64,000 bases of DNA, from positions 2,048,001-2,112,000 of the forward strand of contig OY762964.1 of the NCBI GenBank assembly GCA_963667035.1, given 5' to 3'. The notes under the pieces are model-generated. The model worked only from the letters and a program-made list of their open reading frames with translations. It did not search any database and was not told the origin of the DNA. Below, piece after piece: positions 11,181 to 20,441 of this stretch (within the stretch, counting starts at the first letter, position 1; every line of letters begins with the position of its first letter). The DNA is from Candidatus Cloacimonadales bacterium. GTDB taxonomy: Bacteria; Cloacimonadota; Cloacimonadia; Cloacimonadales; JAFGVF01. Both the position numbers and the translations under genes were made by a program.

Positions 11181-11626
11181 ATAATCCCAACGGGATTAAA
11201 TGTGAGTAGCCATGTACGAAGTGCATGGTTATAGAATACCCCAAAAAACATCTACCCCGAAGTGGGTCGAATGTGATAGGTAAGAAACAGGTTATTTAAC
11301 CCCGTTGGGGTTTGTATTCGTTTATTTCCATTACCCCGAGTTGCACTCGGGGCTACTGATGTGTAACCATTTCATGGTTGTAGTACAGATTTTGGGATAA
11401 TTAACATAAACATACTGAATTACTTTATATCCTGTTGCAAGTCACGCCCCAATAGGGCTAATCCGTACTTTATTATGATACCACATGCCAAGGCATGTGG
11501 CTATTAAACAAACGCCTCTTCAAGGCTATTCCGATATTCATGACAAACAAAATGTTCCAGGCATGTGGCTATTGAACAAACGCCTCTTCAAGGCTATTCC
11601 GATATTCATGACAAACAAAATGTTCC
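11181..11626. repeat. ~450-bp palindrome-rich REP/BIME-like module, copy 1
   Basis: Near-identical to 11902-12346 (offset ~720 bp); hairpins TAATCCC-AAC-GGGATTA, CCATGTAC-GAA-GTGCATGG, AACCCC-GTT-GGGGTT, CCCCGAG-TTGCA-CTCGGGG, CCACATGCC-AA-GGCATGTGG. Confidence 0.9.
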
Positions 11627-11740
11627 AGGCATGTGGCTATTGAACGAACGCCACTTCGAGGCTATTCAGATATCTATGACAAGCAAAACATTCCAGGTAT
11701 GTGGCTATTGAACGGACGCATCTTCGAGGCTAATCTGATA
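11491..11740. repeat. 68-bp tandem repeat, ~3.7 units
   Basis: Unit AGGCATGTGGCTATT(A/G)AACAAACGCCTCTTCAAGGCTATTCCGATATTCATGACAAACAAAATGTTCC starting at 11491, 11559, 11627, 11695. Confidence 0.92.
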
Positions 11741-11901
11741 ATTCTTAACAAACATGCAAACACGGGTGAATGCTATATATACATCATAAAGGCTTATGAA
11801 GGGTCAAAATGTTGAGTTCCTATATACAGTAATTCCATTTAGTCTTGTCTGGACGTAACATTGAACTAAGACTAATGCAGTGACAAGAGAGTTAGCAGAG
11901 C

Positions 11902-12346
11902 ATAATCCCAACGGGATTAAATATGAGTAGCCATGTACGAAGTGCATGGTTATAGAATCCCCCAAAAAACATCGACCCCGAAGTGGGTCGAATGTGATAG
12001 GTGAAGACATGTTATTTTACCCCGTTGGGGTTTGTATTCGTTTGTCTACATTACCCCGAGTTGCACTCGGGGCTACTGATGTGTAACCATTTCATGGTTG
12101 TAGTACAGATTTTGGGATAATTAACATAAACATACTGAATTACATTATATCCTGTTGCAAGTCACGCCCCAATAGGGCTAATCCGTACTTTATTATGATA
12201 CCACATGCCAAGGCATGTGGCTATTAAACAAACGCCTCTTCAAGGCTATTCCGATATTCATGACAAACAAAATGTTCCAGGCATGTGGCTATTGAACGAA
12301 CGCCACTTCGAGACTATTCCGATATTCATGACAAACAAAATGTTCT
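11902..12346. repeat. ~450-bp palindrome-rich module, copy 2, with two 68-bp units (12211, 12279)
   Basis: Direct repeat of 11181-11626. Confidence 0.9.
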
Positions 12347-12352
12347 AGGTGG

Positions 12353-13537
12353 CTAGTAAGCAAACTTCTTAGGTTTAAGTCGCTTCCTCAGAAGAATCAA
12401 CATAACAGTTGAAACTGCCAGAATTACTCCCATTCTAATATAAACCGTAAAGGCATCATTATTATCCAGACCCTTTCCGACAAAAGGAGCAAAAATAGCA
12501 AATCCAAGACTACCCGCTAAGCTAACTAATGAAATGACCGTTGCTCTGAATTTATCCTCAACATTATGATTTATATAGAATCTTAATGTCGGATCTTTTA
12601 AACCCCTTACAATCTGTTGCAGAGATAGGATTACCAACATGAATGGAGTTTTTAGTAGTCCCGGGATGATAAAGCTTATCACCAGAATCCAGCATAGTCC
12701 GATTAGTATCTTCCTTGGACGCTCATCATAGTATTTAGCTACCAGATACTTTGATGAGAAGGCTGCAACCAGATTAAATCCGAAATAAATCCAACCATAA
12801 TAGATTACATCTATGTTAACTGCCGAGAAATAAGGCTGATACATCCAGTAACTACTCCTGAAAAAGAAACCTATTACAAATGCAAACATTATTGCCCAAA
12901 GGATTCTTGGATGGCTTACTGCATAGCTTGTGCTTTTAAATATATGGAAGATATAGCTATGCTTACTCTTCTCAATCTCAGTATCTGTAAAAAATATGCT
13001 TGCAACACCTGCCAAGGCAAGAAACACCAATGAAATTATGAATGGGATTATCTCACCAATCATATATAAGTAACCCGATACAATTGAGCCTATTGCTTGT
13101 GATATGAAGATGTATGAAGAACTATTCCCCTCATACCTTTGATACTCTTTACGCTTATCAAGTTTTGTGAGGGATTCATATAGAATTGCGGAATCAGCAC
13201 CACTGGCAAAAGTCATACCCAATCCGAACAATAACTCGGCAATGGCAAACATAAAGAATGAGTTAAAAAGAACATAGAACGAAAGTCCTGTTATACAGAT
13301 AATCTCACTTATAACTAATGAAAACTTTCTCGAGATTTTATCAGCAACAGCCCCCGTAGGCACTTCAAATACAAACACACTTACAGCTGATATTGATTGA
13401 AGAAGCATAATCTGAGAGTAAGATAATCCTTTCCAAATCATATAAGGAACCATTATCGGCCCTATAATCATTAGGCTTGAAAGAACTCTATAGTAAGGGT
13501 AAATCTTCAGATTTTTATTGTATACATCTTCATACAT
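12353..13537 (-). CDS. MFS transporter
   Basis: EVPTGAVADKISRK (MFS motif A), SGADSAILY, ~12 hydrophobic segments; ATG 13537 with RBS GAGGTG. Confidence 0.92.
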   Translation of the reverse strand: MYEDVYNKNLKIYPYYRVLSSLMIIGPIMVPYMIWKGLSYSQIMLLQSISAVSVFVFEVPTGAVADKISRKFSLVISEIICITGLSFYVLFNSFFMFAIAELLFGLGMTFASGADSAILYESLTKLDKRKEYQRYEGNSSSYIFISQAIGSIVSGYLYMIGEIIPFIISLVFLALAGVASIFFTDTEIEKSKHSYIFHIFKSTSYAVSHPRILWAIMFAFVIGFFFRSSYWMYQPYFSAVNIDVIYYGWIYFGFNLVAAFSSKYLVAKYYDERPRKILIGLCWILVISFIIPGLLKTPFMLVILSLQQIVRGLKDPTLRFYINHNVEDKFRATVISLVSLAGSLGFAIFAPFVGKGLDNNDAFTVYIRMGVILAVSTVMLILLRKRLKPKKFAY

Positions 13538-13764
13538 AAGCACCTCGTCAATAATCATCGACCTGAGTTAAAACTTCATAATACATGGTCGGGAATAGTA
13601 CTAAATCTTTAACAAGATGCAATAAATAGAATTACGGAGTATTTTGTCAATAAGAGTGGGATTAATATTTTAAATGGGAGAAGGAAAGAAGCCCAAAACT
13701 TCCTTAGAAAAGAAGAGGCAATCAGACTCTTCCAAAGAGACTTCGGACTTCGAATTCCATTCCT

Positions 13765-14754
13765 TTAAGATTCGGTCGGATCGTTCTGACCCAACATAGC
13801 CAAATAAAAGGCTACTATATCAATAAAATAAACTAAAGCGGCAAAGTCAACAAAATCATTATCAGATTCAGCAAAAAGTTCAAGGAAGTTAATTCCTTTT
13901 TTTGCAAGCAGTTCCTTGAACTCATCGTGTTCAGTGGTCTCAAAGCTCAATTTATCAATAATGATAGGTATATAATTCTCATTTAGTAACTCTCTGTTCC
14001 ATACACCCATTTCATAAGTCAATGCATGGTCGTAGCTACTGTAAAATGCAGGATATTTAGAAATTCTGTTTACCTGATTCTTAAGCCTTCCCGCAACAGG
14101 ACGATAAACCTTATTAGTATAATAGATTAGAGGAATTCTCCCATGAATATGATGAGCAAAATGCTTAGCCATATTCATAGTAAAAGGCTGATTCCTAGTT
14201 ATAGCACCAGCTTTTGTAATCAAAGCCGCTATCATCCTGTCAATCAACTTATCATTCTCCAGAACTCCGGTAAGTTGTAATGATTTAACAACAAGAGTGT
14301 ATAGATACGGGAAATTAAGTGAAGGTAAGTTAGATGTGGTGAAATAGAACCCGTTTTGCCTGAATTCTACTTTATTCAATTCGGTAGAAATCATAACCAG
14401 ATCAGCGGGAGATTGATTTATAACGGATAAGTAGTTATCATTCTTGATTCTTTCAGTGTCGAAATCTATATAAATTACCAATGTATTCTCTTTTAAATAA
14501 AGAGGATTAAGATTATCCGTATTCATCACCTCAATAGTGCCTTTCAAAACTTCCCTGAAAGTACGAGTTGTATTACATTTATTCTTGTTAAGGAAGACTA
14601 CTGTTGTGTATTCATTATTTTTAAAAGGTGTCACATCTACATAATCTATGCTTTCTTTAGCCAACATAGCACACTGCGGGTAGTGAATAATCTGGTCATA
14701 GACGTTGTTAGTATCAATCTTCTTTATAAGATCAATATCATCTAAAAGGTGCAT
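13765..14754 (-). CDS. SIS-fold protein resembling bifunctional phosphoglucose/phosphomannose isomerase, divergent
   Basis: N-terminus LDDIDLIKKIDTNN; C-terminal NMAKHFA..IHGRIPLIY..PVAGRLKNQVN..K.PA pattern. Confidence 0.65.
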   Translation of the reverse strand: MHLLDDIDLIKKIDTNNVYDQIIHYPQCAMLAKESIDYVDVTPFKNNEYTTVVFLNKNKCNTTRTFREVLKGTIEVMNTDNLNPLYLKENTLVIYIDFDTERIKNDNYLSVINQSPADLVMISTELNKVEFRQNGFYFTTSNLPSLNFPYLYTLVVKSLQLTGVLENDKLIDRMIAALITKAGAITRNQPFTMNMAKHFAHHIHGRIPLIYYTNKVYRPVAGRLKNQVNRISKYPAFYSSYDHALTYEMGVWNRELLNENYIPIIIDKLSFETTEHDEFKELLAKKGINFLELFAESDNDFVDFAALVYFIDIVAFYLAMLGQNDPTES

Positions 14755-14762
14755 TGTTACTC

Positions 14763-16121
14763 CTAAATTTTAAATTTATGGTCTCGTGAAGAGATGTAAG
14801 AATCCACATTATCTTGCTTATCCTGATAATCAGGATGTCCCATAAGAGCATAAGTGGCAACCTTACCTGCCTCAACACCCGGTTGATCAAGCGGATTAAT
14901 ATTGGAAAGATAACCTGTCAAGACTGTAGTTAACTCATAAAGATAAATAAACTCACCGACGTGATATTCGTTAATTTCAGGTATTGTAATAGTACAATTA
15001 GGGCATCCGGCTTCCGTAAGAGCTATCTCGGTCGCCAGTTGTTCAGTGTTTAAAAGCTCACTCAAAGATTTATCTGCAAGGAAGTTGGTCGTTAGCTCAT
15101 CCGGATAAAGATTTGGTATCACATAATCATGCCTGAACTCTTCGACTCTTATAAAAGTAACTATCTTGTCATGAGGACCTTCGGTATACAATTGGACTTG
15201 AGAATGCTGGTCAGTAGAGCCGAGACTTTTAGCAGGAGTCTGCCCCACTCTAACCTGATTACCGTTATTATCTAATTTCTTACCAAGACTTTCACCCCAC
15301 AACTGTCTATACCAATCAGCCATATCATACATAGCATTAGAATATGGCATCATAACCGATATATTGAAGCCTTTATCCATAAGTAACTTGTGAGTTAAGG
15401 CAAGTACCATAGCGGGATTGCTTAAAAAATCCTTACTTCGGCATTTATCTCTCATTGACTTAGCACCATCTAATAAGCGGTCAATATTGACTCCGGCAAA
15501 TGCTAAGGGAACCAGTCCGACATCAGTTAAAACAGAGAAACGCCCACCTACATTTGCAGGGACAGTAAAAGAAGGAAGCTTCTCCCATTCGGTTAATCTT
15601 CTTAGGAAGCCTTTCTCTTTATCAGTTGTAACTAATAAATGTTTCTTATAATCCTTAGGATAAGCCTCTTTAAGGATTTTGTGTACAATTAAAAATTGTG
15701 AAAGAGTCTCAGCAGTTCCACCTGATTTGGTTATAACATTAAAAATTGTTCTCTTTAACTCAATCTTTTCAAGTATCTCATATAGGAGAGTTGGATCAAC
15801 ATTATCACAAACATATACTTTATTTACTAAAGACTTTGCTGTCTTTAAAGCATTGTAAATTGCTGTAGTTCCAAGTGCTGAGCCACCTATTCCCAAAACA
15901 ACTATCGTATCAATATCCGGTGAAACAGTTGCTACGTAATCGTTAATCTTAGTAGTATCATAGTCGGGTAGAGAATCAAAACCTAACACTTCATTCTTCA
16001 CTTCCGATAGAAAATGGTTAAAGGCTTTTTCTGCCTCAGGCAAAGCGTTTATTAAATCATCATAGGTGATACCATTCTCTTTGTTAGGTAAATTAAGTAG
16101 ATTCTGATATAATAGTTTCAT
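14763..16121 (-). CDS. pgi: Glucose-6-phosphate isomerase
   Basis: GIGGSALG, TKSGGTAET, VGGRFSVL, QLWGESLGK, DQHSQVQL, DQPGVEAGK. Confidence 0.97.
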   Translation of the reverse strand: MKLLYQNLLNLPNKENGITYDDLINALPEAEKAFNHFLSEVKNEVLGFDSLPDYDTTKINDYVATVSPDIDTIVVLGIGGSALGTTAIYNALKTAKSLVNKVYVCDNVDPTLLYEILEKIELKRTIFNVITKSGGTAETLSQFLIVHKILKEAYPKDYKKHLLVTTDKEKGFLRRLTEWEKLPSFTVPANVGGRFSVLTDVGLVPLAFAGVNIDRLLDGAKSMRDKCRSKDFLSNPAMVLALTHKLLMDKGFNISVMMPYSNAMYDMADWYRQLWGESLGKKLDNNGNQVRVGQTPAKSLGSTDQHSQVQLYTEGPHDKIVTFIRVEEFRHDYVIPNLYPDELTTNFLADKSLSELLNTEQLATEIALTEAGCPNCTITIPEINEYHVGEFIYLYELTTVLTGYLSNINPLDQPGVEAGKVATYALMGHPDYQDKQDNVDSYISSRDHKFKI

Positions 16122-16146
16122 GTGGTACTCCGTTGAGTTATTGTAT

Positions 16147-17778
16147 TCAGTTTGATAGGTTAATGTTTCTAATTGCTTCTTTAATTTTTGCCTGATTAAC
16201 AGGATTTGTGCTTAGAGACCTGAATCCCATTCTTAATAGCATCTCGCAATATGCAGTATTTGATGCCATCTCTCCACAAATACTAACCGGGATTCCCCAC
16301 TCTTTAGCACTTTTTACGGTCATCTCCATTAATTTAAGAACCGCAGGATGATTAGGTTTATAAAATTCTGAGATTGTCGAATTGTTTCTATCAACAGCGA
16401 CCGTATATTGAATTAAGTCGTTGGAACCAATACTAAAGAAATCACATACTTCTGCGAGTTCAGAAGATGTTAAAGCTGCAGAAGGAACTTCAATCATAGA
16501 ACCAAACTTTATCTCGGAAGTAAAACTTTGATTGCTCTCAACCAACTCTTTTCTTGCTTCCTCCACCAGAGCCATAGCTCTAAGAAAGTCATTCTTGTCA
16601 TTTATCATTGGGAACATAACCCATAGTTGTCCATAAACACCGGCTCTTAATAGAGCTCTTAATTGTGTTTTAAAAATATCTGGATTTTTAAGAGAGCATC
16701 GTATACCACGGCAACCAAGATAAGGATTATCCTCTTCCGATATATCAACTGATGGAAATTTATCTCCACCTAGGTCCATAGTACGGATAATCACAGGTTT
16801 ACTCTCCATCTCTAATAAAACTTTCTTATATATATTGAATTGCTTATCTTCAGAAGGAAGCTCTTCTGTTTCCAGATACAAGAATTCAGTTCTAAATAAA
16901 CCTATACCGTCAGGATTAATAGATTTGATGTACTCCAGTTCTTCAGGAATCTCCATATTCACGGATAAAGAAATCAATGAACCGTCTATGGTTTTAGCAG
17001 GTAAATTGATTAACTCTGCTAATTTGGAATCTCTTGCCTCTTTATCTCGGATAAGCTCTCCATACTCTGCTTTTGTTTCTTGATCCGGATTAACAATAAT
17101 GAATCCTTTATCACCATCAACAATCAGCTCATCATCAGTGTATATCTTATCTTGAATACCATTTATACCAGCAACAAAAGTCAAACCCATTGATCGAGCC
17201 AATATGGAACTGTGAGAAGTCTCAGAGCCATGTTCAGAACAAAAGCACTTAATCCCTGAATTGAATAGATGAATCACTTTAGATGGTGTTATATCGTTAA
17301 GAATAGGTATATCACCCTTTTTTAAGTTAAGAAAATCATCGTTTGAATTACCTGAAAGGTGAAAAAGCATTCTTTGACTTATGTCCATGTAATCATTCGC
17401 TCTTTGTTTGAAATAATCATCTTCCATATTATTGAAGTAGTTAATCATATACGAGAAATGTTTACTGAGAGCTGATTCGAGACATATTAAATCATCATTT
17501 AATGTTTTTTCGATGGATTTATGAAATTCAGGATCCTCCATAATCATAATATGCGAGTTGAGTATTGCCTTGTCTTCGACAGCAAGTGTTAAATCATCCA
17601 GAATTTTCTTTGTGTCACCGATAAGATGATCTACCGTCGATATAAATCTTTGTCGCTCTGAATCCACCTCTGAGGCATCAATAGGCCTGTGATTAACTGT
17701 ATTATGATTAGATTTTATCACCTTGGCTGAGCCTTGCTGTAATCCCCCGGAGATAGCCTTACCAAGAAGTTTTGTCAT
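16147..17778 (-). CDS. ptsI: PTS enzyme I (PEP-protein phosphotransferase)
   Basis: TSHSSILARS phospho-His motif, GIGLFRTEF, RTMDLGGDK, NPYLGCRGIR, SIGSNDLIQY, ICGEMA. Confidence 0.96.
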   Translation of the reverse strand: MTKLLGKAISGGLQQGSAKVIKSNHNTVNHRPIDASEVDSERQRFISTVDHLIGDTKKILDDLTLAVEDKAILNSHIMIMEDPEFHKSIEKTLNDDLICLESALSKHFSYMINYFNNMEDDYFKQRANDYMDISQRMLFHLSGNSNDDFLNLKKGDIPILNDITPSKVIHLFNSGIKCFCSEHGSETSHSSILARSMGLTFVAGINGIQDKIYTDDELIVDGDKGFIIVNPDQETKAEYGELIRDKEARDSKLAELINLPAKTIDGSLISLSVNMEIPEELEYIKSINPDGIGLFRTEFLYLETEELPSEDKQFNIYKKVLLEMESKPVIIRTMDLGGDKFPSVDISEEDNPYLGCRGIRCSLKNPDIFKTQLRALLRAGVYGQLWVMFPMINDKNDFLRAMALVEEARKELVESNQSFTSEIKFGSMIEVPSAALTSSELAEVCDFFSIGSNDLIQYTVAVDRNNSTISEFYKPNHPAVLKLMEMTVKSAKEWGIPVSICGEMASNTAYCEMLLRMGFRSLSTNPVNQAKIKEAIRNINLSN

Positions 17779-18044
17779 TACTCCTCTCCAAACTTACTAT
17801 TAAAGAGCTCCAATAAATCGTTAATTAGATACTCTTCATCCACACCATCGGCTTGTAAAGTTATTCTAGAGTTATACTCAGCAGCTAGCATCATAACACC
17901 CATAATACTCTTTCCGTTTATCTCCATACCATCTTTTAAAATTGTTAAATCAGATCTGTATTTAGTTGCAGTTTTTACTAAAAGAGCAGATGGTCTTGTA
18001 TGTAGTCCAAGTTTATTACTTACTGTTACTTCTCTTGATATCAT
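17778..18044 (-). CDS. ptsH: HPr phosphocarrier
   Basis: GLHTRP (His15) and NGKSIMG (Ser46). Confidence 0.96.
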   Translation of the reverse strand: MISREVTVSNKLGLHTRPSALLVKTATKYRSDLTILKDGMEINGKSIMGVMMLAAEYNSRITLQADGVDEEYLINDLLELFNSKFGEE

Positions 18045-18058
18045 AATTTCCCTGAGTT

Positions 18059-18997
18059 TTAATTGTGAGTTTTACGCTTTATAGCCTCGTTAAGAATATT
18101 AGCATAGTCTTCAGCTGCATGATAACCGTTCTTTTTTAGTATGTAGTTCATTACAGCCACCTCAATAATGACAGAAACATTTTTACCGGGAGAAACAGGT
18201 AAATTAATACATGGGATATTAACTCCCAAATGGTCAACCCAGTTGGATACCAAACCTAATCTCTCATAATCAAAGTTTTCTTTCCAAGGCATTAATTCTA
18301 TTTGCAAATCTATACTATGTCTGAATCTGACTCTTTGAATTCCAAACATCTTTTCGATGTTGATAATTCCTACTCCTCTGATTTCCATGAAGTGTCCGAA
18401 TTTTTGAGGAGGCATACCAACAAGAGCATCATTTAAGACTTTTATAGTTACAGTATCATCCGTGACCAAACCATGACCTCTTGTCACTAAATCAAGAGCA
18501 CATTCACTCTTACCAATACCACTCTTGCCTGTGAGCATAACACCCACACCAAAAACATCAACGAGTGTTCCATGTATGGTTTTCTCAATAGCAAAGTGAT
18601 TATTAAGATATCTCGCCAATCCATTATGTAATTTAATTGTGCTTAATCGACTCGATAGGATTGCAATATTCATATTGTTAGCCAAATCAATGACAATGTA
18701 AGGTAAAGTAAGCCCTTTACTAACAATAATACATGGTATGCTGTATGAGAAAATGTCCTTCACTTTTTCATACAGTTCATCTTCACTCAATGACTGGAGA
18801 TATATTACTTCCGTTTCACCCAGAATCTGGATTCTATCAAATGCAAATCTATCAAGAAAACCGGAAAGAGCTAATCCGGGTCTATTCAAATGAGCATAAT
18901 TTATGAGATTATCTAATGTTTTCTCATCACTAACAGGAGCAAGAAGTAACTCATCCTTTTTGTGGTTCAATAATTGGCGGACAGTATAGTTTTTCAT
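18059..18997 (-). CDS. hprK: HPr(Ser) kinase/phosphorylase
   Basis: NRPGLAL, HGTLVDVFGVG, GKSGIGKSE, EIRGVGII, PVSPGKN. Confidence 0.97.
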   Translation of the reverse strand: MKNYTVRQLLNHKKDELLLAPVSDEKTLDNLINYAHLNRPGLALSGFLDRFAFDRIQILGETEVIYLQSLSEDELYEKVKDIFSYSIPCIIVSKGLTLPYIVIDLANNMNIAILSSRLSTIKLHNGLARYLNNHFAIEKTIHGTLVDVFGVGVMLTGKSGIGKSECALDLVTRGHGLVTDDTVTIKVLNDALVGMPPQKFGHFMEIRGVGIINIEKMFGIQRVRFRHSIDLQIELMPWKENFDYERLGLVSNWVDHLGVNIPCINLPVSPGKNVSVIIEVAVMNYILKKNGYHAAEDYANILNEAIKRKTHN

Positions 18998-19007
18998 AGA
19001 TATAAGT

Positions 19008-19028
19008 GCGGGGAGTTGTACTCCCCGC
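19008..19028 (-). promoter_or_regulatory. Intergenic stem-loop between hpf and hprK
   Basis: GCGGGGAGT-TGT-ACTCCCCGC perfect 9-bp stem, no U-tract. Confidence 0.6.
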
Positions 19029-19040
19029 TTATGTATTAGT

Positions 19041-19568
19041 TTATGGTTCTAATAATTTATAATGTACATCATCTTTACGGACTAGCACATTAATACGGTC
19101 TGTTTCGATATTTTTAAAGATAAGGAAATACTCAGTAGAATCCTCAAGTTTCTCAACTGCTTCATCTGAAGTCATATATTCAGGGATAACTCTTTTAGTC
19201 TTGATTAGTTTCTTTTGTGAATCTTCTCTCTTATAGAGATATGTTCTTGAAAATCCTGAATTCTCGAGTAAACTTTTCTTCTTATGATCAGTTACCTTTT
19301 CTTTTAACTTCTTTAATTGGTGCTCCATACGGTCAATGGTAGTATCTATAGCAAGATACATGTCATTTTCCTCTGATTCACTTTGCAGGTTAAACTTGGA
19401 AGCATGCAAACTAATCTCACAAATATTGCGCGAATTATCAAGCGTAAGTATTACTTGTAGATTAATGATTTGATCAAAATAGCGCTCCAACTTCTCGCAA
19501 GCTGATTCGACGTGGTCACGAATTGCCTTGGTTAGTTCGAAATGGCGAGCTGTGATTGTGATTTGCAT
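19041..19568 (-). CDS. hpf: Ribosome hibernation factor (long HPF / RaiA family)
   Basis: MQITITARHFELT.AIRD, DMYLAID..DRMEHQLKK, C-terminal MTSDEAV...INVLVR. Confidence 0.92.
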   Translation of the reverse strand: MQITITARHFELTKAIRDHVESACEKLERYFDQIINLQVILTLDNSRNICEISLHASKFNLQSESEENDMYLAIDTTIDRMEHQLKKLKEKVTDHKKKSLLENSGFSRTYLYKREDSQKKLIKTKRVIPEYMTSDEAVEKLEDSTEYFLIFKNIETDRINVLVRKDDVHYKLLEP

Positions 19569-19577
19569 AAATTCCTC

Positions 19578-20441
19578 CTATATTTTGATAAATTTTCTAG
19601 CTTTCTCAGCATGATAAGAACTTCTTACCAAAGGTCCTGACTCAACTAATAAGAATCCTAATTCCAGACCTTTCTTATGATAACGCTCAAACTGCTCCGG
19701 AGTTACATACTCTACTACAGGATGGTGCTTCTCTGAAGGGGCAAGGTATTGACCTATTGTTAAGATGTTACAATCTATGCTTCGCAAGTCTTGCATGAGG
19801 TTAATAACTTCGTCCTCAGTTTCTCCCAAACCAACCATTATTCCACTCTTGGTTAGAATATTCTGATTAAACTCCTTAGACCTTTTCAAAAGCTCCAAAG
19901 ATCTGTCATAATCAGCCATAGGTCTTACGTCAGGATACAATCTGCGAACTGTTTCTAAATTATGATTAAGAATATCGGGAGAAGCAGCCAGGATATTCTG
20001 TAGACTCTGCCAGTCTCCCTGTAAATCCGATATTAACACTTCTATTGATACATCTTCTGTCTGTTCATGAACAGCATCCAATGTCTTAACAAACTGGCTA
20101 GCTCCACCATCCTCTAAATCATCTCTTGTCACAGTAGTTAGTACGAGATGTTTTAGCTTAAACTGTTTGGTAAGCTTTGCAATATTTGCAGGCTCATTAG
20201 GATCGGGAGTCATGAGAGCGTCTTTATCTTTCCTAACAGCACAGAATTTACAATTTCTAGTGCAAACTTCACCCAATATCATAACGGTGGCAGTCCCTCT
20301 ATCAAAGCACTCTCCACGATTCGGACAATGTGCGCTTTCACATACTGTGTGCAAGTTCAACTGCTTAAGATAAGCATTTATCTCAGAAGCTTTCTTTGAT
20401 CCTAATCTGTTGGCTTTAAGCCATTTTGGTTTTCTTTCCAT
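19578..20441 (-). CDS. lipA: Lipoyl synthase
   Basis: RKPKWL, CESAHCPNRGEC, CTRNCKFC, VRSSYHA. Confidence 0.97.
   Translation of the reverse strand: MERKPKWLKANRLGSKKASEINAYLKQLNLHTVCESAHCPNRGECFDRGTATVMILGEVCTRNCKFCAVRKDKDALMTPDPNEPANIAKLTKQFKLKHLVLTTVTRDDLEDGGASQFVKTLDAVHEQTEDVSIEVLISDLQGDWQSLQNILAASPDILNHNLETVRRLYPDVRPMADYDRSLELLKRSKEFNQNILTKSGIMVGLGETEDEVINLMQDLRSIDCNILTIGQYLAPSEKHHPVVEYVTPEQFERYHKKGLELGFLLVESGPLVRSSYHAEKARKFIKI

Noticed and set aside
11491..11740. CRISPR array
   Set aside because: The whole 68-bp unit repeats, so there are no unique spacers, and no cas genes are in the window
11633..12010. Small ORFs 11633-11815 and 11804-12010
   Set aside because: They lie within the repeat field and have no protein-like features
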